DNA from: an uncultured Bacteroidales bacterium
Lineage (GTDB): Bacteria; Bacteroidota; Bacteroidia; Bacteroidales; Muribaculaceae
NCBI GenBank assembly: GCA_947644715.1
Contig: CANSAP010000010.1
Location: forward strand, 718 to 64,717
Length of the DNA stretch: 64,000 bases
Direction: 5' to 3'
Shown here: piece after piece, positions 9,595-20,981 of the stretch
Layout: the number at the start of each line of letters is the position of its first letter
Numbering within the stretch: the first letter of the stretch is position 1
Translations under genes and position numbers: made by a program
Notes under the pieces: model-generated
What the model was told of the DNA's origin: nothing
What the model saw: the letters and a program-made list of their open reading frames with translations, nothing else
The model's database searches: none

Positions 9595-9631
9595 ACCAAC
9601 TCTTAGAAAGATAGAGTTTAATTAATATATC

Positions 9632-9673
9632 GGAATCCGCCGCGTCGAGAGATACGGCGGATTCATTTTTTTT
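9632..9673 (+). terminator. Rho-independent terminator after the amylase gene
   Basis: gaatccgccg / cggcggattc stem followed by a T8 run. Confidence 0.8.
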
Positions 9674-9756
9674 ACATGCATGATGCAGCCCCGGATTCAG
9701 AACCTTTTTCCGGCGCAGATTGTTATTATTACAAAACACACAAAGAAAACTCTGCT

Positions 9757-9915
9757 ATGTCAACACACAAGGAAAACCGCGAGGAGCAAGCTCGCGAACA
9801 ACGCAATCACCAACGTCTGAGTAAACTATGGTTATGGGTGGGAGTGCTCGTGCTCTGTGCCATCCTCTTCTTTTGGATTTTCGATATAGGCACCTTCATC
9901 GGCCCCAATCAGTAA
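9757..9915 (+). CDS. Hypothetical small membrane protein (52 aa from ATG 9757)
   Basis: Charged N-terminus followed by one clear TM helix (LWLWVGVLVLCAILFFWIF). Flanked by terminators. No family recognised. Confidence 0.3.
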   Translation: MSTHKENREEQAREQRNHQRLSKLWLWVGVLVLCAILFFWIFDIGTFIGPNQ

Positions 9916-9938
9916 GATGGTGTGTCGAAAATCCATCT

Positions 9939-9985
9939 GAATCCGACGCCCGGCGCAGAGCGCGCAGCGTCGGATTCCTGTTTTT
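9939..9985 (+). terminator. Rho-independent terminator-like hairpin
   Basis: gaatccgacgc / gcgtcggattc stem followed by ctgttttt. Confidence 0.65.
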
Positions 9986-10065
9986 ATACCCACATGCGTT
10001 TGTTTATAAGCGCTTATATATTTTCTTAGTTGCCGGAAACAGGCCGGAGTCTGCAAACTTTTTAG

Positions 10066-10073
10066 TAATTTTG
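10066..10073 (+). promoter_or_regulatory. -7 promoter box TAATTTTG for mltG
   Basis: TAnnTTTG match ending 23 nt upstream of the ATG at 10097. Confidence 0.55.
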
Positions 10074-10096
10074 CAGTTGTTTAGCACTGAATCCAT

Positions 10097-11215
10097 ATGA
10101 ACCTCAGTAATTATTGTGCTGATCCCCGAAAAGAGGGGAAGGGACAGCCCGGCAATTCCGGGTATAGCGATCTTGATGAAAAGACACGGCAACGTCGTCC
10201 TCATTTCCGTAAGGCATGGTTCTACATTGCCATAGCGGTGGTGGTGCTCGGTTTTGCCGCCATGGTGATTATACCTCTGATAAATCTGCGCGCTCCGCAC
10301 ACAGCCATCATTCGTGTGCCCAAAGGGGCTACCGAGCAGATGGTGGAGGATTCGGCGGCGAAGTATCTTGGTGCAGACTACGCCAAACGTCTTCGTCAGG
10401 CTCTCCCGATAGCCACCGGCGGAGAGGCGCTCCGCCATGGTGCCTGGAAAATAGACCAGGGCATGACGGCCATTGCTGCCGCCCATCGCATTGCCAAGGG
10501 TGCTCAGGCAGGCATACGCGTGACTTTCCTGAACGAGCGCACCCCCGAGCAGGTGGCTGCCAAAATCGCTGCCAAGCTCGACATCCCCAAGGATTCCATG
10601 CTGCGCGCAATGACTGACCCCACGCTCCTCTCAAACCTGCGCACGGATGCCGACCACGTTATCGGCTATTTCCTGGCAGACACCTATGAGTTTTATTGGA
10701 CTGCTACCCCCGAAGAGGTGATTAAAAAAATGCATGACCATTACAATCGGTTCTGGACTCCGGAACGTCTCGACCGCGTTGAGAGTATGCACATGCTCCC
10801 TCGAGAACTGGTGGTGCTCGCTTCCATCGTGGATGAGGAGACCAATCAGACCTCGGAGAAAGGCACCATAGGACGCCTCTATCTCAATCGCTTGCAGAAG
10901 GGGATGAAGCTTCAGGCTGACCCCACGGTGAAATATGCCGTAGGTGATTTCAGCATACGCCGCATCACGGGCGACATGCTTCGCAATCCCTCCCCCTATA
11001 ATACTTACATGCATGAGGGGCTCCCCCCGGGTCCCATCCGCATTACCTCCGCGGCTACGATTGATGCCATTCTTTCCGCTCGTCCGCACGGCTATCTCTA
11101 CATGTGCGCCTCCGAGGATTTCAGCGGTCATCACAACTTCGCAGTTGACTATGACACCCACCTGGCCAACGCCCGCCGCTATCAGCAGGCGCTCGACCAG
11201 CGAGGCATCAAATAG
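10097..11215 (+). CDS. mltG: Endolytic murein transglycosylase MltG (YceG-like)
   Basis: N-terminal TM anchor plus YceG-like domain (LASIVDEE, ADPTVKYA, YNTYMHEGLPPGPI). Confidence 0.88.
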   Translation: MNLSNYCADPRKEGKGQPGNSGYSDLDEKTRQRRPHFRKAWFYIAIAVVVLGFAAMVIIPLINLRAPHTAIIRVPKGATEQMVEDSAAKYLGADYAKRLRQALPIATGGEALRHGAWKIDQGMTAIAAAHRIAKGAQAGIRVTFLNERTPEQVAAKIAAKLDIPKDSMLRAMTDPTLLSNLRTDADHVIGYFLADTYEFYWTATPEEVIKKMHDHYNRFWTPERLDRVESMHMLPRELVVLASIVDEETNQTSEKGTIGRLYLNRLQKGMKLQADPTVKYAVGDFSIRRITGDMLRNPSPYNTYMHEGLPPGPIRITSAATIDAILSARPHGYLYMCASEDFSGHHNFAVDYDTHLANARRYQQALDQRGIK

Positions 11216-11292
11216 AGTGACGGCATGAACCTTTGAGTCTCAACGAGTGTTTTAGTGTTACAAACCATCCTTAACACACACACATTAGTACT

Positions 11293-11502
11293 ATGAGACT
11301 CCTTAAAATTTATGACACCGAGGCCATTGCCTATATTGACAAGGGCTTCCTTGAGAATAACGATATACCCGCATTCGTGGAGCAGAACGCAATGTCAAGC
11401 GTTTTTCCCGCTCCCGATTCAGGCACCTCCAGCATCGGCCTTTTTGTGGATGATGCCAAGTATGGAGATGCGGCGCGGTTGCTCGCCTCCCGGCCCAAAT
11501 GA
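11293..11502 (+). CDS. Small DUF2007-like protein (putative signal-transducing fold)
   Basis: 69 aa. The layout (N-terminal beta-strand, IPAFV, DDAKYGDAARLL) resembles DUF2007. Its stop overlaps the next gene's start. Confidence 0.45.
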   Translation: MRLLKIYDTEAIAYIDKGFLENNDIPAFVEQNAMSSVFPAPDSGTSSIGLFVDDAKYGDAARLLASRPK

Positions 11503-12719
11503 AGCTCAGACTCACAGCATTACTTACATACCTGCTGCTTCGGCTGACAGCCTCTCCGCTGTCGGCCGCTGATATTTTGCCCCCTCCCGAGGACAGCCGG
11601 GCTGATTCATGCCTAACACCGGCTTGCCACCTTCAGCACCCGGACTCATGCCCGGAAGAGGTTGCGCCGCTCCGGTCGCTCCCTCCCGTATATGAAAACC
11701 GAAAGGATAACCCGAACTTCTGGACAAACCGAATCAGGAGCAAGACCTTCGATATCTCTGACTCCACCATAATCTATCCCCGTTTTCCCGGCTTCTGCGT
11801 GAAGGTCTACAATTGGGCTGACCGTGTCTTTAATACCTATGACCATGACTACGTCGTGCCCACCGGAAAGAAATGGAAAGTCTGGTGGAAGACCTCGGGA
11901 TGGACTGACTCCTATTCGCTCGACATGCCCGACAACATCCATATCCGGATGCTCTCCCACATGTATATGTCCACCGGCCCCTACATCTCCTTCATGGCCG
12001 TCTCAGTGGGCTATGCGGCCAACCTTAACCGCCTGATATCGCATGAGCCTGCCCGCCAAAAACGCTTCGATTTCAGCTTCTCCACCTCCCTGTTTGAGTT
12101 TGATATCTATTACACCCGCAACCGTGGCGGCACAGCTATCCGCCGCTTCGAACCTTACAGCCAGGGTAAATATATCGACGTGGATTTCCCCTCATTACAA
12201 TTGGAAAACTACGGCTTGGCCGCTTTCTACTTTCTGAACCATGGCCGGTACTATCGGGGTGCCGCTTACAATTATTCAAAGATTCAGAAACGCACGCAGG
12301 GCTCCTGGATTTTCGGCGTTGCCGCATCTCATCAGTACATAGACTTCGACCTCTCAACCCTCCCTTACGAGATGATTATGTACATGCCGGCCGACGCCCG
12401 CATGCACTTCAAGTTCGTCTATAATGACTACTGCCTGATAGCCGGTTACGGCTGGAATCTCGTGTTTAATCCTCATTGGGTGTTCAATGTGACCGGTATG
12501 CCCGCCTTCGGCCTTCGTCACTGCATGGCCGACAATGATGATGGCCGAAAGAATCTTCCGGCCATCAGTCTGGCAGCGAGGTCCGGCCTCGCCTATAATC
12601 TGAGAAATTTCTTTGTGGGGGGATATGCCTCAATTCAGGCCAATTGGTATCTGAACAAGCAATACTCCTTTATCAACGGTGTCGGCTCCTTCGGTATGTG
12701 CGTCGGCCTTCGTTTCTAA
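11499..12719 (+). CDS. Hypothetical exported/outer-membrane protein (possibly DUF4421-type)
   Basis: Signal-like N-terminus. Aromatic-rich with alternating beta-strand-like segments and ends in ...GLRF. The family name comes from memory only. Confidence 0.4.
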   Translation: MKLRLTALLTYLLLRLTASPLSAADILPPPEDSRADSCLTPACHLQHPDSCPEEVAPLRSLPPVYENRKDNPNFWTNRIRSKTFDISDSTIIYPRFPGFCVKVYNWADRVFNTYDHDYVVPTGKKWKVWWKTSGWTDSYSLDMPDNIHIRMLSHMYMSTGPYISFMAVSVGYAANLNRLISHEPARQKRFDFSFSTSLFEFDIYYTRNRGGTAIRRFEPYSQGKYIDVDFPSLQLENYGLAAFYFLNHGRYYRGAAYNYSKIQKRTQGSWIFGVAASHQYIDFDLSTLPYEMIMYMPADARMHFKFVYNDYCLIAGYGWNLVFNPHWVFNVTGMPAFGLRHCMADNDDGRKNLPAISLAARSGLAYNLRNFFVGGYASIQANWYLNKQYSFINGVGSFGMCVGLRF

Positions 12720-13595
12720 TCAGATGCGGTCGAGCACGGTCTTCATCAGCTGACGCACCGCCGGCTTGTAATTAGTGTTGGCTTTCGTCAGGCGACGCTC
12801 GGCTATGATGCAGCAGGCCGTGAGCGCCTTGTGGCCGAGCAGCTTGGCCATGCCTTGCAGGCAGGCGCTCTCCATCTCGAAATTGGTGATGGGGCGGTCC
12901 TCATAACGGAAGCTCTCAAGCTTCTCCACGAAGTCCGGAGCAGCCAGCGGCAGGCGAATCATGCGCCCCTGAGGAGCGTAGAAGCCCACGGCTGACACCG
13001 TGAAGCCATGAATCATGTCTGTTCCGCCAATGCGCTCCACAAGCTCCGGGTCGGCATCCACGATGTATGGGTCAGCCCAGGAGGGGAGCCAGCCGGTGTG
13101 ACGCATCAGCTTGTCCTGCATCACCAGGTCGCACACGGCATTGCGCCCGGCATAGAAATTCAGAATGCCGTCAGTGCCGATACCCTTGGTTGCCATCACG
13201 AAATCACCTGCATGAATATCCTCCTGAAGGGAGCCGGAGGTGCCTACGCGCACCATGGTCAGAGTGCGGTGCTCAGGCTTCACCTTGCGGGTCTCGAAGT
13301 CAATGTTGGCGAGCGCATCCAGCTCCGTCACTACAATCTCAATGTTGTCAGAACCGATGCCATGAGAGATGCACATGAGCGGCTTCCCCTGATAGGTGCC
13401 GCCTATGGCATGGAACTCGCGGGAGCGCACATCATAGTCGATGGTGTCGAAAAACTCCGCAACCACATTGACGCGGTCGGGGTCACCCACCATAATGATT
13501 TTGTCACGCAGCTGCTCGGGAGTGAGATGTATATGAAAAGCGGAGCCGTCGGAATTAATAATCAGCTCCGAGGGGGGGATAACTCTTGAAGTCAT
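12720..13595 (-). CDS. Nucleoside phosphorylase (PNP/UDP family, uridine-phosphorylase-like)
   Basis: MVGDPDRV, GIGSDNIEIV, RVGTSGSLQ and FEMESA motifs of the PNP_UDP_1 fold. Confidence 0.8.
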   Translation of the reverse strand: MTSRVIPPSELIINSDGSAFHIHLTPEQLRDKIIMVGDPDRVNVVAEFFDTIDYDVRSREFHAIGGTYQGKPLMCISHGIGSDNIEIVVTELDALANIDFETRKVKPEHRTLTMVRVGTSGSLQEDIHAGDFVMATKGIGTDGILNFYAGRNAVCDLVMQDKLMRHTGWLPSWADPYIVDADPELVERIGGTDMIHGFTVSAVGFYAPQGRMIRLPLAAPDFVEKLESFRYEDRPITNFEMESACLQGMAKLLGHKALTACCIIAERRLTKANTNYKPAVRQLMKTVLDRI

Positions 13596-13779
13596 AGCTA
13601 TGAGTATTAGTAAGGTTATATAGAGTTAACGCATCCCGACGTTGAAATGTTGCCTCAACGGCTTATCTATCTTATCATTCTTGTTGTTTTGGGCATAGTC
13701 TTGGGGATGGGGAAATCATTCATATAAGAGTGTGGAGATGTTTTATAACATAATTCATCCGGGACTTGAAAAAATTGAG

Positions 13780-13787
13780 TACCTTTG
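13780..13787 (+). promoter_or_regulatory. -7 promoter box TACCTTTG
   Basis: TAnnTTTG match upstream of the second copy of the 19-nt leader motif and the ORF at 13883. Confidence 0.5.
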
Positions 13788-13882
13788 CAATTGAAATGAC
13801 AATGAATGATCTTGAAGAAAACGATTATATTCTATTTTTAAGTTTTCGGAAAAAGTCAAGATGACTTCACAAAATTGTAATT

Positions 13883-14191
13883 ATGGCTAACATTCAACCC
13901 CCTTACAATCAGAATCAACAGGTAATCTATGTGGAGCGCAAGCGGAGCAACGGCTTCGGCGTGGCCGGCTTTGTGCTGGCTGTGCTGGGACTCGTCTTCT
14001 GTTGGGTTCCCGTGATGGATTGGATACTTTGGGCTTTGGGGTTCATATTCTCGTTGATAGGTCTATTCAAAGCTCCTCGCGGCCTGGCGATAGCCGGATT
14101 GATAATTTCGTTTATCGGAATGATATTGCTTGTTGTGATGCTCGGGCTGCTTGCCGGAGCTGTGGCGGGCGCCGTAGCCCTGCAATCATGA
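13883..14191 (+). CDS. Small integral membrane protein (DUF4190-like layout)
   Basis: 102 aa. Q/N/P-rich N-terminus followed by 3 hydrophobic helices. Confidence 0.5.
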   Translation: MANIQPPYNQNQQVIYVERKRSNGFGVAGFVLAVLGLVFCWVPVMDWILWALGFIFSLIGLFKAPRGLAIAGLIISFIGMILLVVMLGLLAGAVAGAVALQS

Positions 14192-14220
14192 CTGTTTTTG
14201 CTCATCTCGCGAAAAATCGG

Positions 14221-16163
<1,943 letters not shown>

Positions 16164-16180
16164 CCATACTCAATATAACT

Positions 16181-16230
16181 CATGCAGGGGTTGTGTCTGA
16201 ATGCGACACAACCCCTGCATGTGGTTTTTT
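16181..16230 (+). terminator. Rho-independent terminator
   Basis: 17-bp perfect stem catgcaggggttgtgtc / gacacaacccctgcatg followed by tggtttttt. Confidence 0.85.
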
Positions 16231-16235
16231 AGCAA

Positions 16236-16988
16236 TTACAGCTCGAAGCCTTGGGCGCGGAGGAAGTCGGCGAACTTGGCCGAGAAGGGGTCGGAAGTGG
16301 AGCGGGGATAACGAACGTCGGTGAAGACCTGTGCGAGGGTCTGCTTGCCGTTCTCCTCAACGAATTTGCGGTTGGGCGCGAATTCATCTTTTGCTTTGAA
16401 GAGGGTTAGAATCTCTTCATCTGAATGTTCGGGATATTCCTCCTCATGCCAGAGAGCATCCAGCGGCAGGCGCTCGCATTGCGCGGGGCGCTCCTGCGGA
16501 TAGCCTATGGCGAGTGTGCCAATCGGCACAACCCCCTTGGGGAGGTTCAATGCCTCGGCAATCTCCGGCGCATTATAGGTAGTGGTGCCAAGCCAACATG
16601 TTCCCAAGCCCTGCATTTCCGCAATTACGGTGAATTGCTGGGCGAAGAGCGAGGCGTCAAGAATAGCAGCCATCAGACCTTGCAAATTGCGGAAAGCGGG
16701 AGCGGCATTGCTCAGTTCACACCAGCGCTCGAAGCGGCGCACGTCGGCACAGATGGTGATGAGCACCGGCGCCATCGAGGCCGGCTGATTGAAATGGGCG
16801 CCCCGCAGGATGGTGAGTCGCTCAGGATCGGTGGTGACCACTGCGCTGTAAAGCTGCATGTTGCCGGTGGTGGGGGCACGCATTGCCTGCTGTGCAATTT
16901 CGCGAAGCAGCTCCCGAGAGGGTGCCTCAGGTTTGAAATTGCGCACAGTGGCACGCGAGGAGAAGTAACTGCTTGTGGGTGTTGTCAT
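16236..16988 (-). CDS. Nitroreductase family protein
   Basis: RATVRNFKPE...MRAPTTGNMQ... nitroreductase fold. I chose the internal ATG at 16988 (MTTPTSSYF...) because the upstream extension looks non-coding. Confidence 0.8.
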   Translation of the reverse strand: MTTPTSSYFSSRATVRNFKPEAPSRELLREIAQQAMRAPTTGNMQLYSAVVTTDPERLTILRGAHFNQPASMAPVLITICADVRRFERWCELSNAAPAFRNLQGLMAAILDASLFAQQFTVIAEMQGLGTCWLGTTTYNAPEIAEALNLPKGVVPIGTLAIGYPQERPAQCERLPLDALWHEEEYPEHSDEEILTLFKAKDEFAPNRKFVEENGKQTLAQVFTDVRYPRSTSDPFSAKFADFLRAQGFEL

Positions 16989-17201
16989 TATATAGATTTG
17001 ATAGGTTCTTTCAGGGCAACAAAGATAATAAAACCCTGCGAGAAAATCAAGCACAAATTTCATGTTGCATAACATTGTTTTGGTGATAGTTTTCCGATTT
17101 GGTTCGGTTTGGCTTTGATTACTAATGTGTTAGGAAAATTGTCGTGTCTGAAAGTTTTCCAAAAGAGAAAATTTCGGTTTGGGAGGCTTGGAATTTTTGC
17201 T

Positions 17202-17209
17202 TACCTTTG
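17202..17209 (+). promoter_or_regulatory. -7 promoter box TACCTTTG for nrdJ
   Basis: The TAnnTTTG match lies inside the long ORF extension, which supports the ATG at 17266 as the true start. Confidence 0.55.
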
Positions 17210-17265
17210 CATTGAATTTTCCGTACACCCGAACAGGCAATTTATCTCTAACTCCCTATATAACA

Positions 17266-19818
17266 ATGGCAACTGACCAACTGCGACCATACACCTACGA
17301 TGAGGTCTATCAGGCCTCGCTGGAATATTTCAAGGGCGACGAACTGGCCGCCCGTGTATGGGCCAACAAATATGCGCTGAAGGATAGCTTCGGCAACATT
17401 TATGAGCGCACCCCCGATGACATGCACCACCGCCTGGCAAAAGAATTTGCCCGCATCGAGGCCAAGTATCCCAACCCTCTTTCCGAACAGGAACTGTTTG
17501 ATCTGATGAAAGGCTTCCGTTACATCGTGCCCCAGGGTAGCCCCATGGCCGGCATAGGCAACGGTTTCCAGGTGGGAAGCCTCTCCAACTGCTTCGTAAT
17601 CGGCCTCGATGGTCGCCCCGACTCTTACGGCGGTATCATCAAGATTGATGAGGAGCAGGTGCAGCTCATGAAGCGCCGCGGCGGAGTGGGTCATGACCTT
17701 AGCCATATTCGTCCCAAGGGAAGCCCCGTCAAGAACTCCGCATTGACCTCCACCGGTTTGGTCCCCTTCATGGAGCGATACTCCAACAGCACCCGCGAGG
17801 TGGCGCAGGATGGACGCCGCGGAGCGCTGATGCTCTCAGTCAGCATCAAGCATCCCGATGCCGAAAGCTTCATCGATGCAAAGATGACCGAGGGAAAAGT
17901 GACCGGAGCCAATGTCTCCGTGCGCATTGACGACGACTTCATGCGCGCCGCCTCCGAAGGAACTGAATACACTCAGAGCTACCCGGTGGATTCCGACACA
18001 CCCCTCTATCCGCAAAAGCAAATCGACGCCGCTTCCCTGTGGAAGAAAATCGTGCATAACGCCTGGCGCAGCGCCGAGCCTGGCATCCTCTTCTGGGACA
18101 CCATCACCCGCGAAAGCCTGCCTGACTGCTATGCCGACCTCGGCTTCCGCACCATCTCCACCAATCCCTGCGGCGAGATTCCCCTCTGTCCCTACGACTC
18201 CTGCCGCCTCATTGCCATCAATCTTTACAGCTACGTGGAGAACCCCTTCACTCCCCACGCCCGATTTAATTTCGACCTCTTCAGCGAACATGTGGCCAAG
18301 GGGCAGCGCATGATGGACGACATCATCGACCTGGAGATGGAGAAAATCGATCAGATTATTGCCAAAATAAAGAGCGACCCCGAGACGCAAGAGGTGAAGC
18401 ACACCGAACTGCACCTCTGGGAGAAAATACGCGAAAAAACCCTCAAAGGTCGTCGCACAGGCTTCGGCACCACCGGCGAGGGTGACATGATAGCCGCACT
18501 CGGACTGCGCTATGGCACTCCTGAAGCCACGGAATTCTCCGTGAGCGTGCATCGTGCCCTTGCGCTCGCTTACTACCGTGCCTCCACTGCCATGGCCGAG
18601 GAGCGCGGCGCCTTCGAGATTTTCGATGCCGAGCGCGAAAAAAACAATCCCTTCATGCAGCGCCTGGCCGAAGCCGACCCTGAACTCGTGGAAAAGATGA
18701 AGCGTGTGGGTCGACGCAATATCGCCTGCCTCACAATAGCCCCCACCGGCTCAACCTCACTGCTGACGCAGACCACCTCCGGAATCGAACCGGTCTTCCT
18801 CCCCGTCTACAAGCGTCGCCGCAAGGTTAATCCCGGAGACCCGGATGTGCACATCGACTTCGTGGATGAAGTGGGCGACGCCTTCGAGGAATATATCGTC
18901 TACCACCACAAGTTCCTCGAATGGATGCGCATCAACGGCCTGGAAGTCAAAAAGAATATGACGGCCGAGGAAATTGAAGCCCTCGTCGAGAAATCGCCAT
19001 ACCATAAGGCCACGAGCAACGACGTCGACTGGATGGAGAAAGTACGTATGCAGGGTGCTGTCCAGAAATGGGTGGACCACAGCATCTCCGTGACCATCAA
19101 CCTCCCTAACGATGTGACCGAAGACCTCGTAGGTCAGCTCTACATGCAGGCATGGCAGGCCGGCTGCAAAGGCTGCACAGTTTATCGCGACGGCTCCCGC
19201 AACAACGTGCTCGAGAGCGTAAAAAAGAAAGAACCCAAGGCCGACCTCATAGCACATCCCTCCAACACAGTGCTCAAACGCCCCATGGAGCTTGAGGCCG
19301 ACGTCGTGCGTTTCCAGAATAACAAAGAGAAATGGATTGCCTTCGTGGGACTCGCTGAGAACGGAATGCCCTACGAAATTTTCACCGGTCTTGCTGACGA
19401 TGAAGAGGGCATCTTCTGCCCCAAGAGCGTAAGCAAAGGCAAGATAATCAAAGCCATAGATGGCTCCGGAAGAAAGCGCTACGACTTCCAGTTCGTCAAC
19501 AAGCGCGGCTACAAAACCACCATCGAAGGCTTGAGCGACAAATTCAACCCCGAATTCTGGAACTATGCCAAACTGATTTCCGGCGTATTGCGCTACGGAA
19601 TGCCCATCGACCAGGTGCTGAAACTCGTAGACGGACTGCAACTTGACTCCGACAACATCAACACCTGGAAGAACGGCGTGGTGAGAGCCCTGAAAAAATA
19701 CGTTCCCGACGGCTCCAAAGCCAGCGGCCAAAAATGTCCGCATTGCGGCCAGGAAACCCTGATATATCAGGAGGGCTGCCTGATCTGCACCTCCTGCGGT
19801 AACTCCAAGTGCGGTTAA
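17266..19818 (+). CDS. nrdJ: Class II (adenosylcobalamin-dependent) ribonucleotide reductase
   Basis: ~850 aa. Has SNCFV, NPCGEIPL and TIAPTGS motifs and the C-terminal Cys-rich tail CPHCG...CLICTSCGNSKCG typical of monomeric/dimeric NrdJ. Confidence 0.9.
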   Translation: MATDQLRPYTYDEVYQASLEYFKGDELAARVWANKYALKDSFGNIYERTPDDMHHRLAKEFARIEAKYPNPLSEQELFDLMKGFRYIVPQGSPMAGIGNGFQVGSLSNCFVIGLDGRPDSYGGIIKIDEEQVQLMKRRGGVGHDLSHIRPKGSPVKNSALTSTGLVPFMERYSNSTREVAQDGRRGALMLSVSIKHPDAESFIDAKMTEGKVTGANVSVRIDDDFMRAASEGTEYTQSYPVDSDTPLYPQKQIDAASLWKKIVHNAWRSAEPGILFWDTITRESLPDCYADLGFRTISTNPCGEIPLCPYDSCRLIAINLYSYVENPFTPHARFNFDLFSEHVAKGQRMMDDIIDLEMEKIDQIIAKIKSDPETQEVKHTELHLWEKIREKTLKGRRTGFGTTGEGDMIAALGLRYGTPEATEFSVSVHRALALAYYRASTAMAEERGAFEIFDAEREKNNPFMQRLAEADPELVEKMKRVGRRNIACLTIAPTGSTSLLTQTTSGIEPVFLPVYKRRRKVNPGDPDVHIDFVDEVGDAFEEYIVYHHKFLEWMRINGLEVKKNMTAEEIEALVEKSPYHKATSNDVDWMEKVRMQGAVQKWVDHSISVTINLPNDVTEDLVGQLYMQAWQAGCKGCTVYRDGSRNNVLESVKKKEPKADLIAHPSNTVLKRPMELEADVVRFQNNKEKWIAFVGLAENGMPYEIFTGLADDEEGIFCPKSVSKGKIIKAIDGSGRKRYDFQFVNKRGYKTTIEGLSDKFNPEFWNYAKLISGVLRYGMPIDQVLKLVDGLQLDSDNINTWKNGVVRALKKYVPDGSKASGQKCPHCGQETLIYQEGCLICTSCGNSKCG

Positions 19819-19837
19819 TCCCGGACCTCTCCAACAG

Positions 19838-19883
19838 TAACGGCTCGCAGCGTCAAACCGCGCTGCGAGCCGTTACCGTTTTT
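19838..19883 (+). terminator. Rho-independent terminator of nrdJ
   Basis: 15-bp stem taacggctcgcagcg / cgctgcgagccgtta followed by ccgttttt. Confidence 0.85.
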
Positions 19884-19890
19884 AGAAGCC

Positions 19891-20489
19891 TTTTTAGAAT
19901 GCCATGTAGAGGCTTATGCAGGATGGTTAGACGAGAGTGCAGAGGCAAAGCGAAAAGCTGTAACCCAAGCTGTCGAAGACCGCACTCATAAGGAAACCGG
20001 CGTAATCATTCCTGCAACGATGAAAGTTGATGACAGGCAGGTGTATATCATTGCCCGCAATGTTGTGATGCATGAAGATGTCAGCGGTGTTGATGTCCGT
20101 AATTCCGATTCAAGTGTAGTCGTGATGGATGCCGAGAGCGGTAAGCTGGAATTCGCCTCGCCTGACTGAATGTAGAGTATGACCCGCGCAAGATTCGCGA
20201 TGTTGAGTTTGATTTGTCTATCGTAGAGAGTACGGCAACCCCGGCATACCGAGCAATCAGGAATGAGATGCTGATGCAGTTGTGGCAGGCGCAGGCTATC
20301 AGCGTAGAGCAATTGCTTGAGCATGGCGACTTCCCGTTTGCCGACAAGCTGCTGCAAAGCATTCAGAGCCAGCGGGAGCAGATGGAGCAGGGACAAATGC
20401 CTGATGGAGTCTCCCCCGAGCTTGCTCAACAGACACAACAGGGCGTGAACATGCAAGCTGTACAAAATGCGCAGAGAATGTTGAAATAA
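19891..20489 (+). pseudogene. Phage morphogenesis gene fragment (portal-like C-terminus), 5'-truncated and frameshifted
   Basis: An open frame starts straight after the nrdJ terminator with no start context. That frame ends at TGA 20167-20169. The reading then continues in another frame from 20166 (LNVEYDPRKIRDVEFDLSIVESTATPAYRAIRNEML...). The portal assignment is tentative. Confidence 0.35.
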
Positions 20490-20532
20490 TTAGCAGCTGG
20501 TGTATTCTGAAATCGAATACGTCAGCTGCTAA
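20490..20532. terminator. Long hairpin between the convergent portal-like fragment and the toxin gene
   Basis: ttagcagctg / cagctgctaa outer stem plus gtattc / gaatac inner stem. The flanking T-runs are only weak. Confidence 0.5.
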
Positions 20533-20561
20533 AAATAAAGCCTTATTGGGGGGAATAAGAA

Positions 20562-20981
20562 TCAATAGAAGAATTGTTTCTTCTCCTTTGGCGAAAAAAG
20601 TTTACTTGCGCGACAGGCTTCAAGTATAGTAGTCAAATCTTCATTGGTCAATTGTCCGACAATGGAGGTTTGTCCAATCTGCATTGTATTTACCAAATCT
20701 GACACAGAACGCGTAAGCAACTCATTGGCGCCAAGGAAAGAATCATATCGCAGGAAATCATAATCTTTTTTGCGAAGTTGATATTGCATTGCAAACTGTT
20801 CAGGCTTGGCCTGCAAAATCGGATGAATACGCGAATTTATGAAAAAGAACCCCGCTATTCTATCCTCATAGACACCTATTACTGCAAAAAATTTGGCGTG
20901 ATTGATATCTTCGAAACTTTCAGAGAGCAGGACTGAACCACGTCTGATGCCTTGTTGTAGCAATTGTATTGGCAAGTCCAT
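20562..20981 (-). CDS. Uncharacterised 139-aa protein, candidate PanA-associated toxin (PanT)
   Basis: Its ATG overlaps the PanA stop in TAATG. It is soluble with no TM helix. The layout K-FFAVIGV...GFFFINSRI...FLRYDSFLGANELL...IVGQLTNEDLTTILE is reminiscent of MazF/PemK-type toxins. That similarity is my inference, not a search result. Confidence 0.55.
   Translation of the reverse strand: MDLPIQLLQQGIRRGSVLLSESFEDINHAKFFAVIGVYEDRIAGFFFINSRIHPILQAKPEQFAMQYQLRKKDYDFLRYDSFLGANELLTRSVSDLVNTMQIGQTSIVGQLTNEDLTTILEACRASKLFSPKEKKQFFY

Noticed and set aside
9632-9985. Similar arms (gaatccgNcg) in the two terminators flanking the small ORF at 9757
   Set aside because: Only ~10 nt are similar. Both are ordinary GC-stem terminators, and this is not enough to call a repeat family, apart from the separate gtgtgtcgaaa observation reported above.
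17076-17265. Looked for a cobalamin riboswitch or NrdR boxes upstream of the B12-dependent nrdJ
   Set aside because: The leader after the -7 box is only ~55 nt. I found no B12-box (GCCACTG-type core) and no palindromic NrdR-box pair.
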